DNA from: an uncultured Pelagibacteraceae bacterium
GTDB lineage: Bacteria; Pseudomonadota; Alphaproteobacteria; Pelagibacterales; Pelagibacteraceae
Assembly (NCBI GenBank): GCA_902527635.1
Contig: CABZPS010000002.1
Span: forward strand, 2,125 to 66,124
Reading direction: 5' to 3'
Length of the DNA stretch: 64,000 nucleotides
The translations under genes and the position numbers were made by a program. Below are positions 39,260-49,677 of this stretch, piece after piece. The number at the start of each line of letters is the position of its first letter. Within the stretch, counting starts at the first letter, position 1. The notes beneath the pieces were generated by a model that saw only the letters and a list, made by a program, of their open reading frames with translations, made no database searches and was not told the DNA's origin.

Positions 39260-42129
39260 TGTTACACAATTCACAAAAAGATTTTTTGAAAAGACACATC
39301 GGCCCTTCAGAAGAGGATCAGTTAAAAATTTTAAAAAAATTAAATTATAAATCTCTGGATGATTTAATAGACAATACTGTACCAGAAAAGATACAGTTTA
39401 AGGGCGAACTCAATATTGGTGAGTCAAATTCAGAATATGAAGCGTTAAGAAAACTAAAAGTAATTTCAAAAAAAAATCAAATTTACTCAAATTTTATTGG
39501 TATGGGTTATTATGGAACGTATACACCATATGTAATTTTAAGAAATATATTAGAAAATCCAGGTTGGTATACTTCCTATACACCTTATCAGCCAGAGGTA
39601 GCTCAAGGAAGATTAGAAATGTTATTAAACTTTCAACAAATGATTGTTGATTTTACAGGAATGGATATTGCAAATGCATCTTTGCTTGACGAAGGTACAG
39701 CGGCAGCAGAGGCTATGGGTTTAAGTCACAGACTAAATAAAAACGACAGTAATTTAGTTTTTGTCTCAGAAAATTGTCACCCACAAACAATTGACGTAAT
39801 ACAAACTAGGGCAGAGCCAATGGGTCTAAAAATTCTTGTTGGAAATGAGAACAACATTTTAGAACAATTAAAAGAAGATATTGTTTGTGGAATTTTACAG
39901 TACCCTGGAACTTTAGGTGATATCAAGGATCCTAGCGAGGCAATAAGCAAGATTCATAAAAAAAATGGTAAAGCAATTTTAGCATGTGATCTTCTAGCTC
40001 TTGCTAAGTTAAAAACACCAAGAGAACTTGGAGCCGATATTGCAGTTGGTAGTTCTCAAAGGTTTGGTATTCCAATGGGTTATGGAGGACCTCATGCAGC
40101 ATTTTTTGCAACGAAAGACGAATATAAAAGATCTATGCCTGGAAGAATAATTGGTGTTTCAGTAGATAGACACGGAAATAAAGCTTACAGATTGTCACTA
40201 CAGACCAGGGAGCAACATATCAGAAGAGATAAAGCTACAAGCAACATTTGTACCGCTCAAGCTTTGCTAGCAATAGTTTCTGCAGCATATGCTATTTATC
40301 ATGGTCCAAATGGAGTAAGAAATATTTCTGAGAGAGTATCTCAATTAGCAAAAAATTTTGCTGATAAAATTAAGCAATCTGGATATGAATTATATTCAGA
40401 TCATTTTTTTGATACGGTAACAATTATTACTAAAGAAAAGACTGATCAAATTTTTAAAAATGCTTTAGATCAAAAAGTAAATATTAGAAAAGTAAATTCA
40501 GAAATGCTTGCTGTTTCTTTTGATGAAAAGAAAAATGTTTATAGAGTAAATCAATTACTAAAAATTTTTAATGCAGCAGAGTCTATCAAAAAAGAGGATC
40601 CTACGGTAAGTTTACCCAATTTACCAAAAAATTTACTAAGAACTTCTAAGTATTTAGAACATCCTGTTTTTAATTCATATCATTCAGAGACAGAAATGCT
40701 CAGATATTTAAAAAAGCTAGAAGATAAGGATATAGCTCTCAATAGAACTATGATTGCTCTAGGCTCATGTACGATGAAATTAAATGCTACCGCAGAAATG
40801 ATACCTATTTCTTGGAGAGAATTAGCAGAGCCTCATCCATTTGTGCCTATAGAACAAATGGAAGGATATAGAGCAATGTTTACAGATCTTAAAAATTGGT
40901 TAAGATCAATTACTGGTTTTTCAGGAGTTTCACTTCAGCCTAATGCAGGTGCTCAAGGTGAATATGCAGGGTTAATGGTAATAAGAAAATATCATTTAGA
41001 TAGAGGTGATGATAAAAGAAACATATGTTTAATACCAAGTTCAGCACATGGGACTAATCCAGCAAGTGCCCAAATGGTTGGAATGAAAGTTGTTGTAGTT
41101 AATTGCGATAAAGAGGGAAATGTTGATTTTGAGGATTTAAAGAAAAAAACCGAGTTACATTCTGAAAATCTTGGAGCATTGATGGTCACCTATCCATCTA
41201 CACATGGAGTTTTTGAGGAAAAAATATCAGACATTTGTAATTTAATTCATAAACATGGAGGTCAAGTTTATATGGATGGAGCAAACTTAAACGCTCTAGT
41301 GGGAATCGCAAAACCTGGAAATTTTGGTCCAGATGTTTGTCATATTAACTTACACAAAACTTTTTGTATTCCACATGGTGGAGGAGGACCTGGAATGGGA
41401 CCTATTGCATGCAAAAGACATTTACAAGCTTATTTGCCTAATCATCCCGTTGTTAAAGATTGTGGGCCAGCAACAGGAATTGGCTCAGTTTCTGCTGCTC
41501 CATGGGGAAGCTCAAGTATTTTATCAATTTCATGGATGTACATTAAGATGATGGGGTCTGAGGGACTTAAACTAGCGACTAAAATTGCAATTTTAAACGC
41601 CAATTATATTGCCAATAGACTCAAAGATCATTTTCCTATTTTATATAAAGGTTCAAAAGGTAACGTAGCACACGAATGTATAATTGATATCAGAACAATT
41701 AAGTCTGAGACTGGAGTTACTGAAGAGGATATAGCAAAAAGATTAATTGATTATGGGTTTCATGCGCCAACAATGTCATGGCCAGTTGCTGGTACTATGA
41801 TGATTGAGCCTACTGAAAGCGAGAGTTTGTCAGAGCTTGACAGATTCTGTGATACATTAATTAATATAAAACAAGAAATAGATAAAATTAAGTCTGGAAA
41901 ATTTGATAAAGTTGATAATCCAATTAAGAATGCTCCTCATACAGATTTGGAGCTTGCTTCAAATGACTGGAAACATAAATATTCTAGAGAAGAAGCAGCC
42001 TATCCAGCTAAATTTTTAAAGTTAAATAAATTTTGGCCACCAGTTGCACGAGTAGATAATGTTTATGGAGATAAGAATATTTTTTGTACTTGTCCTAGTA
42101 TGGATGAATTTAAAGAAGATGCAGCATAA
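39259..42129 (+). CDS. gcvP: Glycine dehydrogenase (P protein)
   Basis: YTPYQPE, SLLDEGTA, LGSCTMK, NLHKTF PLP-Lys, PHGGGGPG. Confidence 0.98.
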   Translation: MLHNSQKDFLKRHIGPSEEDQLKILKKLNYKSLDDLIDNTVPEKIQFKGELNIGESNSEYEALRKLKVISKKNQIYSNFIGMGYYGTYTPYVILRNILENPGWYTSYTPYQPEVAQGRLEMLLNFQQMIVDFTGMDIANASLLDEGTAAAEAMGLSHRLNKNDSNLVFVSENCHPQTIDVIQTRAEPMGLKILVGNENNILEQLKEDIVCGILQYPGTLGDIKDPSEAISKIHKKNGKAILACDLLALAKLKTPRELGADIAVGSSQRFGIPMGYGGPHAAFFATKDEYKRSMPGRIIGVSVDRHGNKAYRLSLQTREQHIRRDKATSNICTAQALLAIVSAAYAIYHGPNGVRNISERVSQLAKNFADKIKQSGYELYSDHFFDTVTIITKEKTDQIFKNALDQKVNIRKVNSEMLAVSFDEKKNVYRVNQLLKIFNAAESIKKEDPTVSLPNLPKNLLRTSKYLEHPVFNSYHSETEMLRYLKKLEDKDIALNRTMIALGSCTMKLNATAEMIPISWRELAEPHPFVPIEQMEGYRAMFTDLKNWLRSITGFSGVSLQPNAGAQGEYAGLMVIRKYHLDRGDDKRNICLIPSSAHGTNPASAQMVGMKVVVVNCDKEGNVDFEDLKKKTELHSENLGALMVTYPSTHGVFEEKISDICNLIHKHGGQVYMDGANLNALVGIAKPGNFGPDVCHINLHKTFCIPHGGGGPGMGPIACKRHLQAYLPNHPVVKDCGPATGIGSVSAAPWGSSSILSISWMYIKMMGSEGLKLATKIAILNANYIANRLKDHFPILYKGSKGNVAHECIIDIRTIKSETGVTEEDIAKRLIDYGFHAPTMSWPVAGTMMIEPTESESLSELDRFCDTLINIKQEIDKIKSGKFDKVDNPIKNAPHTDLELASNDWKHKYSREEAAYPAKFLKLNKFWPPVARVDNVYGDKNIFCTCPSMDEFKEDAA

Positions 42130-42132
42130 TTA

Positions 42133-43371
42133 ATGAAAGTAGCTGTAATCGGCTCAGGTATATCAGGCTTAAGCGCAGCTTATTATTTATCAAAAAATCA
42201 TCAAGTAGATCTTTTTGAGAGGGAAGATCATTTTGGAGGTCACTCTTATACCGTTGACGTAATTCTTAACAAAAAAAAAATATCTGTTGATGTAGGATTT
42301 ATTGTATTTAATCATCAGACATATCCAAATTTAATAAATTTTTTTAAAGAAATTGATATTGAAATCGAAAAAAGCGATATGTCATTTTCTGTTTCTGTAG
42401 AAGACTCCAATTATGAGTATTGTGGCAAAGGTTTATTGGGTATCTTCGCTAATAAATCTAATTTATTAAATATTGAATTTATCAAAATGTTTTTTGATAT
42501 TTTAAAATTCTACAAAACTTGTGATAATATTTCAAAAATTGATCAAAAAATAACTTTAGATGATTTTTTAAAAAAAAATAAATGGTCAAGAAGTTTTATC
42601 AATTATCACATTATACCAATGGTATCTGCGATTTGGTCTATGCCGCCCTACGAGGCAGGGAAAATGCCTATGAGTTTTTTTTTAAAATTTTTTCAAAATC
42701 ACGGCTTATTTAAACTTAAAAATAGACCTCAGTGGTACACGGTTGCTCAAAGAAGCAGGACATATGTCAATAAAGTTTTATCTCTAATCAGTGGACAACA
42801 CTATAAAAATTATAAAATTAAATCTATTAAAAGAAACTCATCTGGATTACATGTCTTTTATGGTGGCAATAATGAATTTTTTCATTATGACAAGGTTGTT
42901 CTTGCAACTCATGCAAATGAGGCATTGAATTTGATAGACAATCCTTCAGATGAAGAAAAAAATATTTTATCAAATTTTAGTTACAGAAAAAATTTGGCAA
43001 TATTGCATACAGATGAAAATATGATGCCTAAAAATAAAAATGTATGGTCCTCATGGAATTCTTTTGTTGATAAAAAGGATATGAATAAAAATTCGCTTTC
43101 ATACTGGCTAAATCTTCTTCAAAACTTAAAAAATGAAAAAAATATATTTTTGACCTTAAATCCTTTACGAAAAATATCTGATGATAAAATTTTAAAAAAA
43201 ATTAATTTCACACACCCCTATTATGATCAAAATGCTTTAGATAATCAAAAAAATATAAAAAACATTCAAAATAAAGAAAATATATTATTTTGTGGAAGTT
43301 ATTTCGGTTACGGTTTTCATGAAGATGGCATAAAATCGTCAATTGAAATGCTGAAAAACTTAAATGACTAG
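42133..43371 (+). CDS. FAD-dependent oxidoreductase (COG2907, UfaD-like)
   Basis: GSGISG, GGHS, VDVGFIVFN..TYPN, SDMSFS, HPYY, GFHEDG. Confidence 0.82.
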   Translation: MKVAVIGSGISGLSAAYYLSKNHQVDLFEREDHFGGHSYTVDVILNKKKISVDVGFIVFNHQTYPNLINFFKEIDIEIEKSDMSFSVSVEDSNYEYCGKGLLGIFANKSNLLNIEFIKMFFDILKFYKTCDNISKIDQKITLDDFLKKNKWSRSFINYHIIPMVSAIWSMPPYEAGKMPMSFFLKFFQNHGLFKLKNRPQWYTVAQRSRTYVNKVLSLISGQHYKNYKIKSIKRNSSGLHVFYGGNNEFFHYDKVVLATHANEALNLIDNPSDEEKNILSNFSYRKNLAILHTDENMMPKNKNVWSSWNSFVDKKDMNKNSLSYWLNLLQNLKNEKNIFLTLNPLRKISDDKILKKINFTHPYYDQNALDNQKNIKNIQNKENILFCGSYFGYGFHEDGIKSSIEMLKNLND

Positions 43372-44125
43372 TTCAATTTATAATGGCACAGTTATTCACA
43401 AAAGATTTAAACCTAAAAATCATTTTTTTAAATATAATGTATTTTCATTACTCATAGATTTATCAGAGTTAGACCGGCTAGATAAAAATATTAAATTTTT
43501 TTCGTTTAACAAATTTAATTTAATTAGTTTTTTTGAAAAAGATCATGGGAGTAGAGATGGAACTTCACTAACCTTATGGGTAAAAAAAAATTTAGATGAA
43601 AATAAAATCAGCTCAAAAAATATTAGAATAAAACTTTTATGCTATCCAAGAATTTTTGGATATGTTTTTAATCCTCTTAGTGTTTTTTTTATCTACGACA
43701 TTAAAGATAAATTAATATCTATTTTATACGAAGTTAAGAATACATTTGGTGAACAACATACTTATATTTTTAAAGTTAAAGACGATTCTAAACTTTTTCA
43801 ACATAACTGTCCAAAAAAATTTCATGTGTCACCATTTATAGAAATGAATTGTAATTATTTTTTTAAAATTTTAAAACCGAGTGAAAAAATATCTGTCATT
43901 ATAGATCAATACCAATCAAATGAAAAAATCTTATATGCATCTCAGGATGGAATAAGGAAAGACTTAAATAGTAGAGAATTATTAAAATCATATATAAAAC
44001 ACCCACTTATGACTTTTAAAATAATATCTGCGATACATTTTGAAGCGTTTAAATTATGGACCAAAGGTATTAAATTTATTAAGAAAAAATTAAAAATTAA
44101 AAATAATACTACCTTTGAACGTTAA
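43364..44125 (+). CDS. DUF1365 protein (UfaO-like)
   Basis: HKRF.P, FNPLSVF, EVKNTFGEQH, FHVSPF, IH.EA.KLW. Confidence 0.82.
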   Translation: MTSSIYNGTVIHKRFKPKNHFFKYNVFSLLIDLSELDRLDKNIKFFSFNKFNLISFFEKDHGSRDGTSLTLWVKKNLDENKISSKNIRIKLLCYPRIFGYVFNPLSVFFIYDIKDKLISILYEVKNTFGEQHTYIFKVKDDSKLFQHNCPKKFHVSPFIEMNCNYFFKILKPSEKISVIIDQYQSNEKILYASQDGIRKDLNSRELLKSYIKHPLMTFKIISAIHFEAFKLWTKGIKFIKKKLKIKNNTTFER

Positions 44126-45303
44126 TGAATTTAAATATTGTGTCAGATAAAATCGTCTTTAGAATTTTAAAAGATATAAAATTTGGTCATTTGGAGCTAA
44201 CTAACCACGATGGTAAAACTTATAATTTCGGGAACATCAAAGACTCTTTAAAGGCAAATATAAAGATAAAAAATAAAAACTTTACGTCTAGTTTAATTAA
44301 AGCAGGTAGTGTGGGTCTTGCAGAGTCCTACATGAACGACGATTTTGAAACAAATAATTTATCTAATTTGATAGAGATTACCGCAAGGAATATTAAACAA
44401 ATTCATAAATTTTCTGGATTGTTAGATCTTTCTTTAATTAATTATTTGAAAAATATTTTCATTAAAAATACGAAAAATAGAAGTAGAGCAAACATTTCAA
44501 AACATTATGACCTTGGAAATGAATTCTTTTCTTTATGGTTAGATAAAACATTAACTTACTCAAGTGCGATATTTGATGAAAAGAACAAAGATTTATCTGA
44601 TGCTCAAAATAATAAATATCAAAAATTAATAGATTTAATTAAGCCTGGAATTGGAGATAAAGTCTTAGAAATAGGTTGTGGCTGGGGAGGATTTGCTGAG
44701 TATCTTGGAAAAAAATATGATGTTAAATTAGATTGTATTACAATTTCAAAAAAACAATTCGAGTATGCTAAAGAAAGAATTCATAAATGTGGGCTAAATG
44801 AAAAAGTCAACATTGAAATAAAAGACTACAGAGATCTAAAAGACAAATATAATTCTATTGCTTCTATAGAAATGATTGAGGCGGTAGGTCAAAATTATTT
44901 GGAGGGTTACTTTAAAACAATTAAAAATAATTTATCAAGCAACGGAAGTGCCGCTATTCAAGCAATAACTATTGATGATAATCTTTTTGACAGGTACAAA
45001 TATAAACAAGATTTCATTCAAAAATATATTTTTCCCGGTGGTTTTCTTCCAAACAAAGGGAGTATTAATAGATATGTTTCAAATAATGGTTTAACTATAA
45101 AATCTTACGAGTCTTACGCGGATCATTACTCAAATACATTAGCTATTTGGAGAAATGAATTTAACAGGAAATGGGAGCTAATTAAGAAACAAGGATTTGA
45201 TTTAACATTTAAAAGAATGTGGGAATTTTATTTATCTTATTGTGAAGCAGGCTTTAAGTCTAAAAATATTGATTTAATTCAATTTTCTATACAAAATAAA
45301 TAA
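44125..45303 (+). CDS. cfa: Cyclopropane-fatty-acid synthase family SAM methyltransferase (UfaM-like)
   Basis: HYDLGNEFF, YSSA, LEIGCGWGG, SIEMIEAVG, YIFPGG, WEFYL.YCE. Confidence 0.88.
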   Translation: MNLNIVSDKIVFRILKDIKFGHLELTNHDGKTYNFGNIKDSLKANIKIKNKNFTSSLIKAGSVGLAESYMNDDFETNNLSNLIEITARNIKQIHKFSGLLDLSLINYLKNIFIKNTKNRSRANISKHYDLGNEFFSLWLDKTLTYSSAIFDEKNKDLSDAQNNKYQKLIDLIKPGIGDKVLEIGCGWGGFAEYLGKKYDVKLDCITISKKQFEYAKERIHKCGLNEKVNIEIKDYRDLKDKYNSIASIEMIEAVGQNYLEGYFKTIKNNLSSNGSAAIQAITIDDNLFDRYKYKQDFIQKYIFPGGFLPNKGSINRYVSNNGLTIKSYESYADHYSNTLAIWRNEFNRKWELIKKQGFDLTFKRMWEFYLSYCEAGFKSKNIDLIQFSIQNK

Positions 45304-45314
45304 TAGAAGAGACA

Positions 45315-45860
45315 ATGCGCGATATTAAATTTTTTAAATCAATTTTATTGATAATTTCTATATTCTTAATTACAAATTGTTCAAATAATTCAATGAAACC
45401 AGAGGACTTTATAAATAAAAAACCTAGATTAATAATTGAGGAATACTTATCAGGGAATGTAAAAGCTTGGGGTGTTTTACAAAACAGATCCGGGAAAGTT
45501 ATAAGACAGTTCTCAGCAGATTTAGATGGTAAATGGAATGGTAATCAATTAATTCTTGATGAAAAATTTAATTGGGATGATGGTGAAATTCAGACAAGAC
45601 AATGGCAAATTATTAAAATTGATGAAAATAATTATGAAGGTACAGCTGGAGATGTAGTGGGTAAAGCAAAGGGATATTCATATGGTCCGGCGTTTAAATT
45701 TGAATATGTTTTGTTAGTTCCTGTAAAAGGCAAACAAATGAAAATTACTTTCGATGATTGGATTTTTAAACAAGATGATAGGGTTGCTATAAATAAAGCA
45801 ACAATGACTAAATTTGGTTTTAAAGTAGCAGAATTAACAGTCGTTTTTGTTAAAGACTAA
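45315..45860 (+). CDS. DUF3833 family lipoprotein
   Basis: Lipobox-like ITNC, AWG…R.F, L.E.F, FDDW, KFG. Confidence 0.75.
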   Translation: MRDIKFFKSILLIISIFLITNCSNNSMKPEDFINKKPRLIIEEYLSGNVKAWGVLQNRSGKVIRQFSADLDGKWNGNQLILDEKFNWDDGEIQTRQWQIIKIDENNYEGTAGDVVGKAKGYSYGPAFKFEYVLLVPVKGKQMKITFDDWIFKQDDRVAINKATMTKFGFKVAELTVVFVKD

Positions 45861-46618
45861 TTTTTTTTCTGATACTTTGTCATTTTACCTATCAGACCAA
45901 AATATAATTTACTAGGCAAAAAACTAAAAAATTTAAGTATTAATGTTAAAGATTTTGGAAAATGAATTTCAAAGATATTTTTATTTACCAATCCATCATA
46001 TATTTTATCAGCGGCATACTCTGCAGTTTTTAAAAAAGGCATTTTAAAATCATTTTTATCAGTCATAGGAGTTTTGATAAAACCAGGTGAAACTAGACAG
46101 ACGCGTACATTTGAACGACCAAAATCAAAATATAAACTTTCAGCTAAATTATTTAAAGCTGATTTTGATGGGCCATAACCTGTCGAATTAGGTAGTCCTC
46201 TATAACCTGCTATAGAGGAAACTATAGCAATTTTTCCACCTTTTTTATTTTTAAAATATTCCTCTACAGCCTTAATACTATTTAATGTTCCAAAAAAATT
46301 AATCTTAAATACATCTTCAATCTGTTCAACATCGATATCTTTTTCTTTTTTAGGATTCCAAGTGCCAGTAGAAAAAAAACAAATATCAATATCTTCAAAT
46401 TTTTTCTTAATTTCTTCAAAGACTTCTTTGCATCTTGATTTATCTGTGACATCTAATGGAAATGAGGTGATATTTGCATTAGTATCAGCTATTTCTTTTA
46501 GAAGACTCTCTCTCCTAGCAGATACTGCAACATTCCAACCTTTATTAGCAAATTTTAATGCAAGCGCTTTACCAATACCTGTGCTTCCACCTGTGATCCA
46601 AATTGTTTTTTTATTCAT
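45857..46618 (-). CDS. Short-chain dehydrogenase/reductase
   Basis: WITGGSTGIG, SSIAG, YGPSK (YxxxK), PGFIKTPMT. Confidence 0.88.
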   Translation of the reverse strand: MNKKTIWITGGSTGIGKALALKFANKGWNVAVSARRESLLKEIADTNANITSFPLDVTDKSRCKEVFEEIKKKFEDIDICFFSTGTWNPKKEKDIDVEQIEDVFKINFFGTLNSIKAVEEYFKNKKGGKIAIVSSIAGYRGLPNSTGYGPSKSALNNLAESLYFDFGRSNVRVCLVSPGFIKTPMTDKNDFKMPFLKTAEYAADKIYDGLVNKNIFEIHFPKSLTLILKFFSFLPSKLYFGLIGKMTKYQKKN

Positions 46619-46642
46619 TTTTTAAAGATATATAATACCTTT

Positions 46643-47110
46643 ATGCTTAAAAATAAAATTTTATCATTTATTCTTTTTTTTATAGTAACCTTTTCAGCCT
46701 CATTCATTGGTGGTGCAGTATCAATTAATTTAAAAGAACCGTGGTATTCAACGCTTATTAAATCAAGTATAAATCCACCAGATTGGGTTTTTGCTCCTGT
46801 TTGGACTATTTTATACCTTATGATGACTATTGCAGTTTGGAACTTCTGGCATAGTAAAAATCGAGACATGAATACAGTTTATATTTATTTCATTCATATA
46901 ATTATAAATACAACTTGGAGTATTGTTTTTTTTGCATTGCACAAAATATTTTTAGCTATGTTAGTTTTAATAACATTAATAATATTTATTTTTTTGTTAA
47001 TCATTAGATTTAAATCTGTTAACAAATTAAGTTACTATTTAATGATTCCCTATTTACTTTGGTGTTTCTATGCACTATTTCTTAATATTAACCTTGTGGT
47101 ATTAAATTAA
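46643..47110 (+). CDS. tspO: TspO/MBR tryptophan-rich sensory protein
   Basis: WY..L.K, PPDWVFAPVWTILY, WS..FF, PYLLW. Confidence 0.9.
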   Translation: MLKNKILSFILFFIVTFSASFIGGAVSINLKEPWYSTLIKSSINPPDWVFAPVWTILYLMMTIAVWNFWHSKNRDMNTVYIYFIHIIINTTWSIVFFALHKIFLAMLVLITLIIFIFLLIIRFKSVNKLSYYLMIPYLLWCFYALFLNINLVVLN

Positions 47111-47113
47111 AAT

Positions 47114-48217
47114 ATGAATGATGTTGTGATAGTTGGTGGGGGTATTATTGGTGCAGCAACTGCTTATTTTTTGTCAAAAGAAGGTAGAAAAGTTAAAGTT
47201 ATTGAAAGGGATCCAAGCTATAAGTCAGCATCATTTCCATTATCATTAGGTGGTTTTAGAAGACAATTTTTTCAAAAAGAAAATATTCTATTAGGAAAAT
47301 TTGCAAGAGATTTCATTTTTCAAATTCCAGAATTACTCAAGACTGAAAAAAACCCAAATCCTACAGCAAGCATGGTGCCCAACGGTTATCTATTAATGTT
47401 CGGACCAGAACATGCAAAAGAACAATATAAGGCTCTAGAAAATCATCAGGAATGTGAAGCTGGTACAAAAAATATTAAAGGTTCTCAGTTATCAAAACAT
47501 TTTCCTTACATAAATGCTGATGGAATAGAAACAGCTACGTTTACCGATAATCAAAGTGAAGGTTGGATAGATCCCTTTATGTTTCATAACGCGTTAAAAA
47601 GTAAAGCTATCGAACTTGGAGCAGAATTTATCAAGGGAAATATAAAATCTCTTTCAGAAATAAAAGCCAAAACTATTATTTCTGCAGCCGGTTGTTGGAC
47701 TAAAGAATTACTTGAAGATATTCCAGTAGAACCACAAAAACACACTGTATTTAGGGTTAAGTGCCCCAAACATATTCCTGAAATGCCTTTAACTGGGGAT
47801 TTACCATCGGGAGTTTATTGGAGACCTGAAGGAAAAGAATATTTAGCAGGCTCACCAAAATCGGTGTTTGATGCAAAAGATTTAGAACCTGCATGGGATG
47901 ATTTTGAGGAATTAGTTTGGCCTGCACTTGCAAATAGAATTCCAATTTTTGAGGAATTAAAATTAACAGGAGGATGGGCAGGATATTATGATTGTAACAG
48001 ATTAGATAATAATGCTGTTGTGGGCAAACATCCAAAATTTGATAATGTTTATTTAGCTACAGGCTTTACAGGTAGAGGATTGATGCAAGCACCTGGTATA
48101 GGAAGAGCTTTAACTGAATTAATAACAACTGGTGCTTACCAGTCAATTGATATTTCTAATATGGCTGTCGAGAGAGTTCTCGGAAAAAAAGCACGACCTG
48201 AGCCTTATGTTCTTTAA
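47114..48217 (+). CDS. FAD-dependent oxidoreductase (DAO/sarcosine-oxidase family, FOXRED1-like)
   Basis: GGGIIG, GGFRRQF, EGWIDP, WAGYYD, GFTGRGL.QAP. Confidence 0.78.
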   Translation: MNDVVIVGGGIIGAATAYFLSKEGRKVKVIERDPSYKSASFPLSLGGFRRQFFQKENILLGKFARDFIFQIPELLKTEKNPNPTASMVPNGYLLMFGPEHAKEQYKALENHQECEAGTKNIKGSQLSKHFPYINADGIETATFTDNQSEGWIDPFMFHNALKSKAIELGAEFIKGNIKSLSEIKAKTIISAAGCWTKELLEDIPVEPQKHTVFRVKCPKHIPEMPLTGDLPSGVYWRPEGKEYLAGSPKSVFDAKDLEPAWDDFEELVWPALANRIPIFEELKLTGGWAGYYDCNRLDNNAVVGKHPKFDNVYLATGFTGRGLMQAPGIGRALTELITTGAYQSIDISNMAVERVLGKKARPEPYVL

Positions 48218-49672
48218 TTAAGTCCCACAAAAAGTTTTATATTCTTTGTTATTCTCATTTGGAATTTGATACTTATACGTATTTTTCTGTTCTATGTAAG
48301 GGGTTTTTAAAATTTCTAAAAACTCAAAAAGCATTTTAAAGTTATTTTTATTTGCCAGATCTAAAGTTTCTTCTACTTTATTATTTCTTGGGATTACAAG
48401 GGGGTTGACTGTTCTCATCAATGTCATACTTTTTTCATTAGAACAATTATTTATTACCAGCCTTTCATTCCATCTCTTTTTCCAATCTTTAAAAAATTTA
48501 TCTTGAAATTTTTCTTCTTCTCGAACCTTAAATCTCATCAAATGACAAAAAGTATTTGTGTAGTCAACTTTTTTTTGATGCATCCACGTTAATAAATCTA
48601 AAATTAAAGTTTTATCTGTACTGTGATTTCCAAGTAAACCAAGTTTTTTTCTCATCATTTTAAGCCACTTTTCCTCATATTTTTTTTCAAAAGTATTAAT
48701 TATTTCAGTAGCCATCTCGATTGCCTTTTTTTGATTTTCATCGATCATAGGTATTAGACATTCTGCAAATCTTGATAAATTCCACTTCGTAATAATTGGT
48801 TGGTTGCAGTAAGCATATCTTCCCATATGATCAATAGAACTAAAAACAGTTTTCGGATCATACGTATCCATAAATGCGCATGGGCCATAGTCAATTGTCT
48901 GTCCTGATACTGACATATTGTCCGTGTTCATAACTCCGTGTATGAAACCCACTCTCATCCAGTTCACTACTAGATCAGTTTGCTCATTCATAAGATTAAT
49001 TAAAAGATCTATTGCTTTATTTTTTGAATTTATCAGTTTTGGGTAATGTCTATTAATTACATAATTCAATAATAGCTCTAATTCATCTTTTTTGTCTCTT
49101 GCTGCAATATATTGAAAAGTTCCAACCCTAATATGACTTAAAGCCACTCTAGTTAGAATAGCACCTTCCAGTAAACTATCTCGCATTATTTTTTCACCTG
49201 TCTTCGCCACGGCTAAACTTCTTGTTGAAGGAACGTTGAGATTATGCATTGCTTCACTTATGATATATTCTCTTAACATTGGAGCTAACGCAGCTCTACC
49301 ATCACCATTTCTTGAGAATGCTGTTTTCCCAGAGCCTTTAAGTTGAATATCGTATCTTTTGTTGCTGCTAGTTATATGTTCACCAATTAATATTGCCCTA
49401 CCATCACCAAGCATTGTAAAGTGTCCAAACTGATGACCCGCATATGCTTGAGCGATTGTATTACTACCTTCAGGAAGGGTGTTTCCTGTAAATAAAGATG
49501 ATAGCTTGGCTATATCAATCTTTGTTAGATCTAGATCTAATTCTTTGGCTAAACTTTTATTAATAATTACTAATTCAGGATTCTTTACAGCTACAGGTTT
49601 AATATGTTCCTTAAAAGCATCAGATAGTCTTGAATAAGAATTATCAAAATTCCAATTAATATTTCTTTCCAT
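48218..49672 (-). CDS. selO: Protein adenylyltransferase SelO/YdiU
   Basis: YAGHQFG, LGDGRA, QLKGSG, HGVMNTDN, IDYGP, C-terminal TFCGT; start at MERNINW. Confidence 0.92.
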   Translation of the reverse strand: MERNINWNFDNSYSRLSDAFKEHIKPVAVKNPELVIINKSLAKELDLDLTKIDIAKLSSLFTGNTLPEGSNTIAQAYAGHQFGHFTMLGDGRAILIGEHITSSNKRYDIQLKGSGKTAFSRNGDGRAALAPMLREYIISEAMHNLNVPSTRSLAVAKTGEKIMRDSLLEGAILTRVALSHIRVGTFQYIAARDKKDELELLLNYVINRHYPKLINSKNKAIDLLINLMNEQTDLVVNWMRVGFIHGVMNTDNMSVSGQTIDYGPCAFMDTYDPKTVFSSIDHMGRYAYCNQPIITKWNLSRFAECLIPMIDENQKKAIEMATEIINTFEKKYEEKWLKMMRKKLGLLGNHSTDKTLILDLLTWMHQKKVDYTNTFCHLMRFKVREEEKFQDKFFKDWKKRWNERLVINNCSNEKSMTLMRTVNPLVIPRNNKVEETLDLANKNNFKMLFEFLEILKTPYIEQKNTYKYQIPNENNKEYKTFCGT

Positions 49673-49677
49673 AGAAA

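Noticed and set aside
48218-48235. Selenocysteine in SelO
   Set aside because: C-terminus is TFCGT with a Cys codon and a TAA stop; no in-frame TGA
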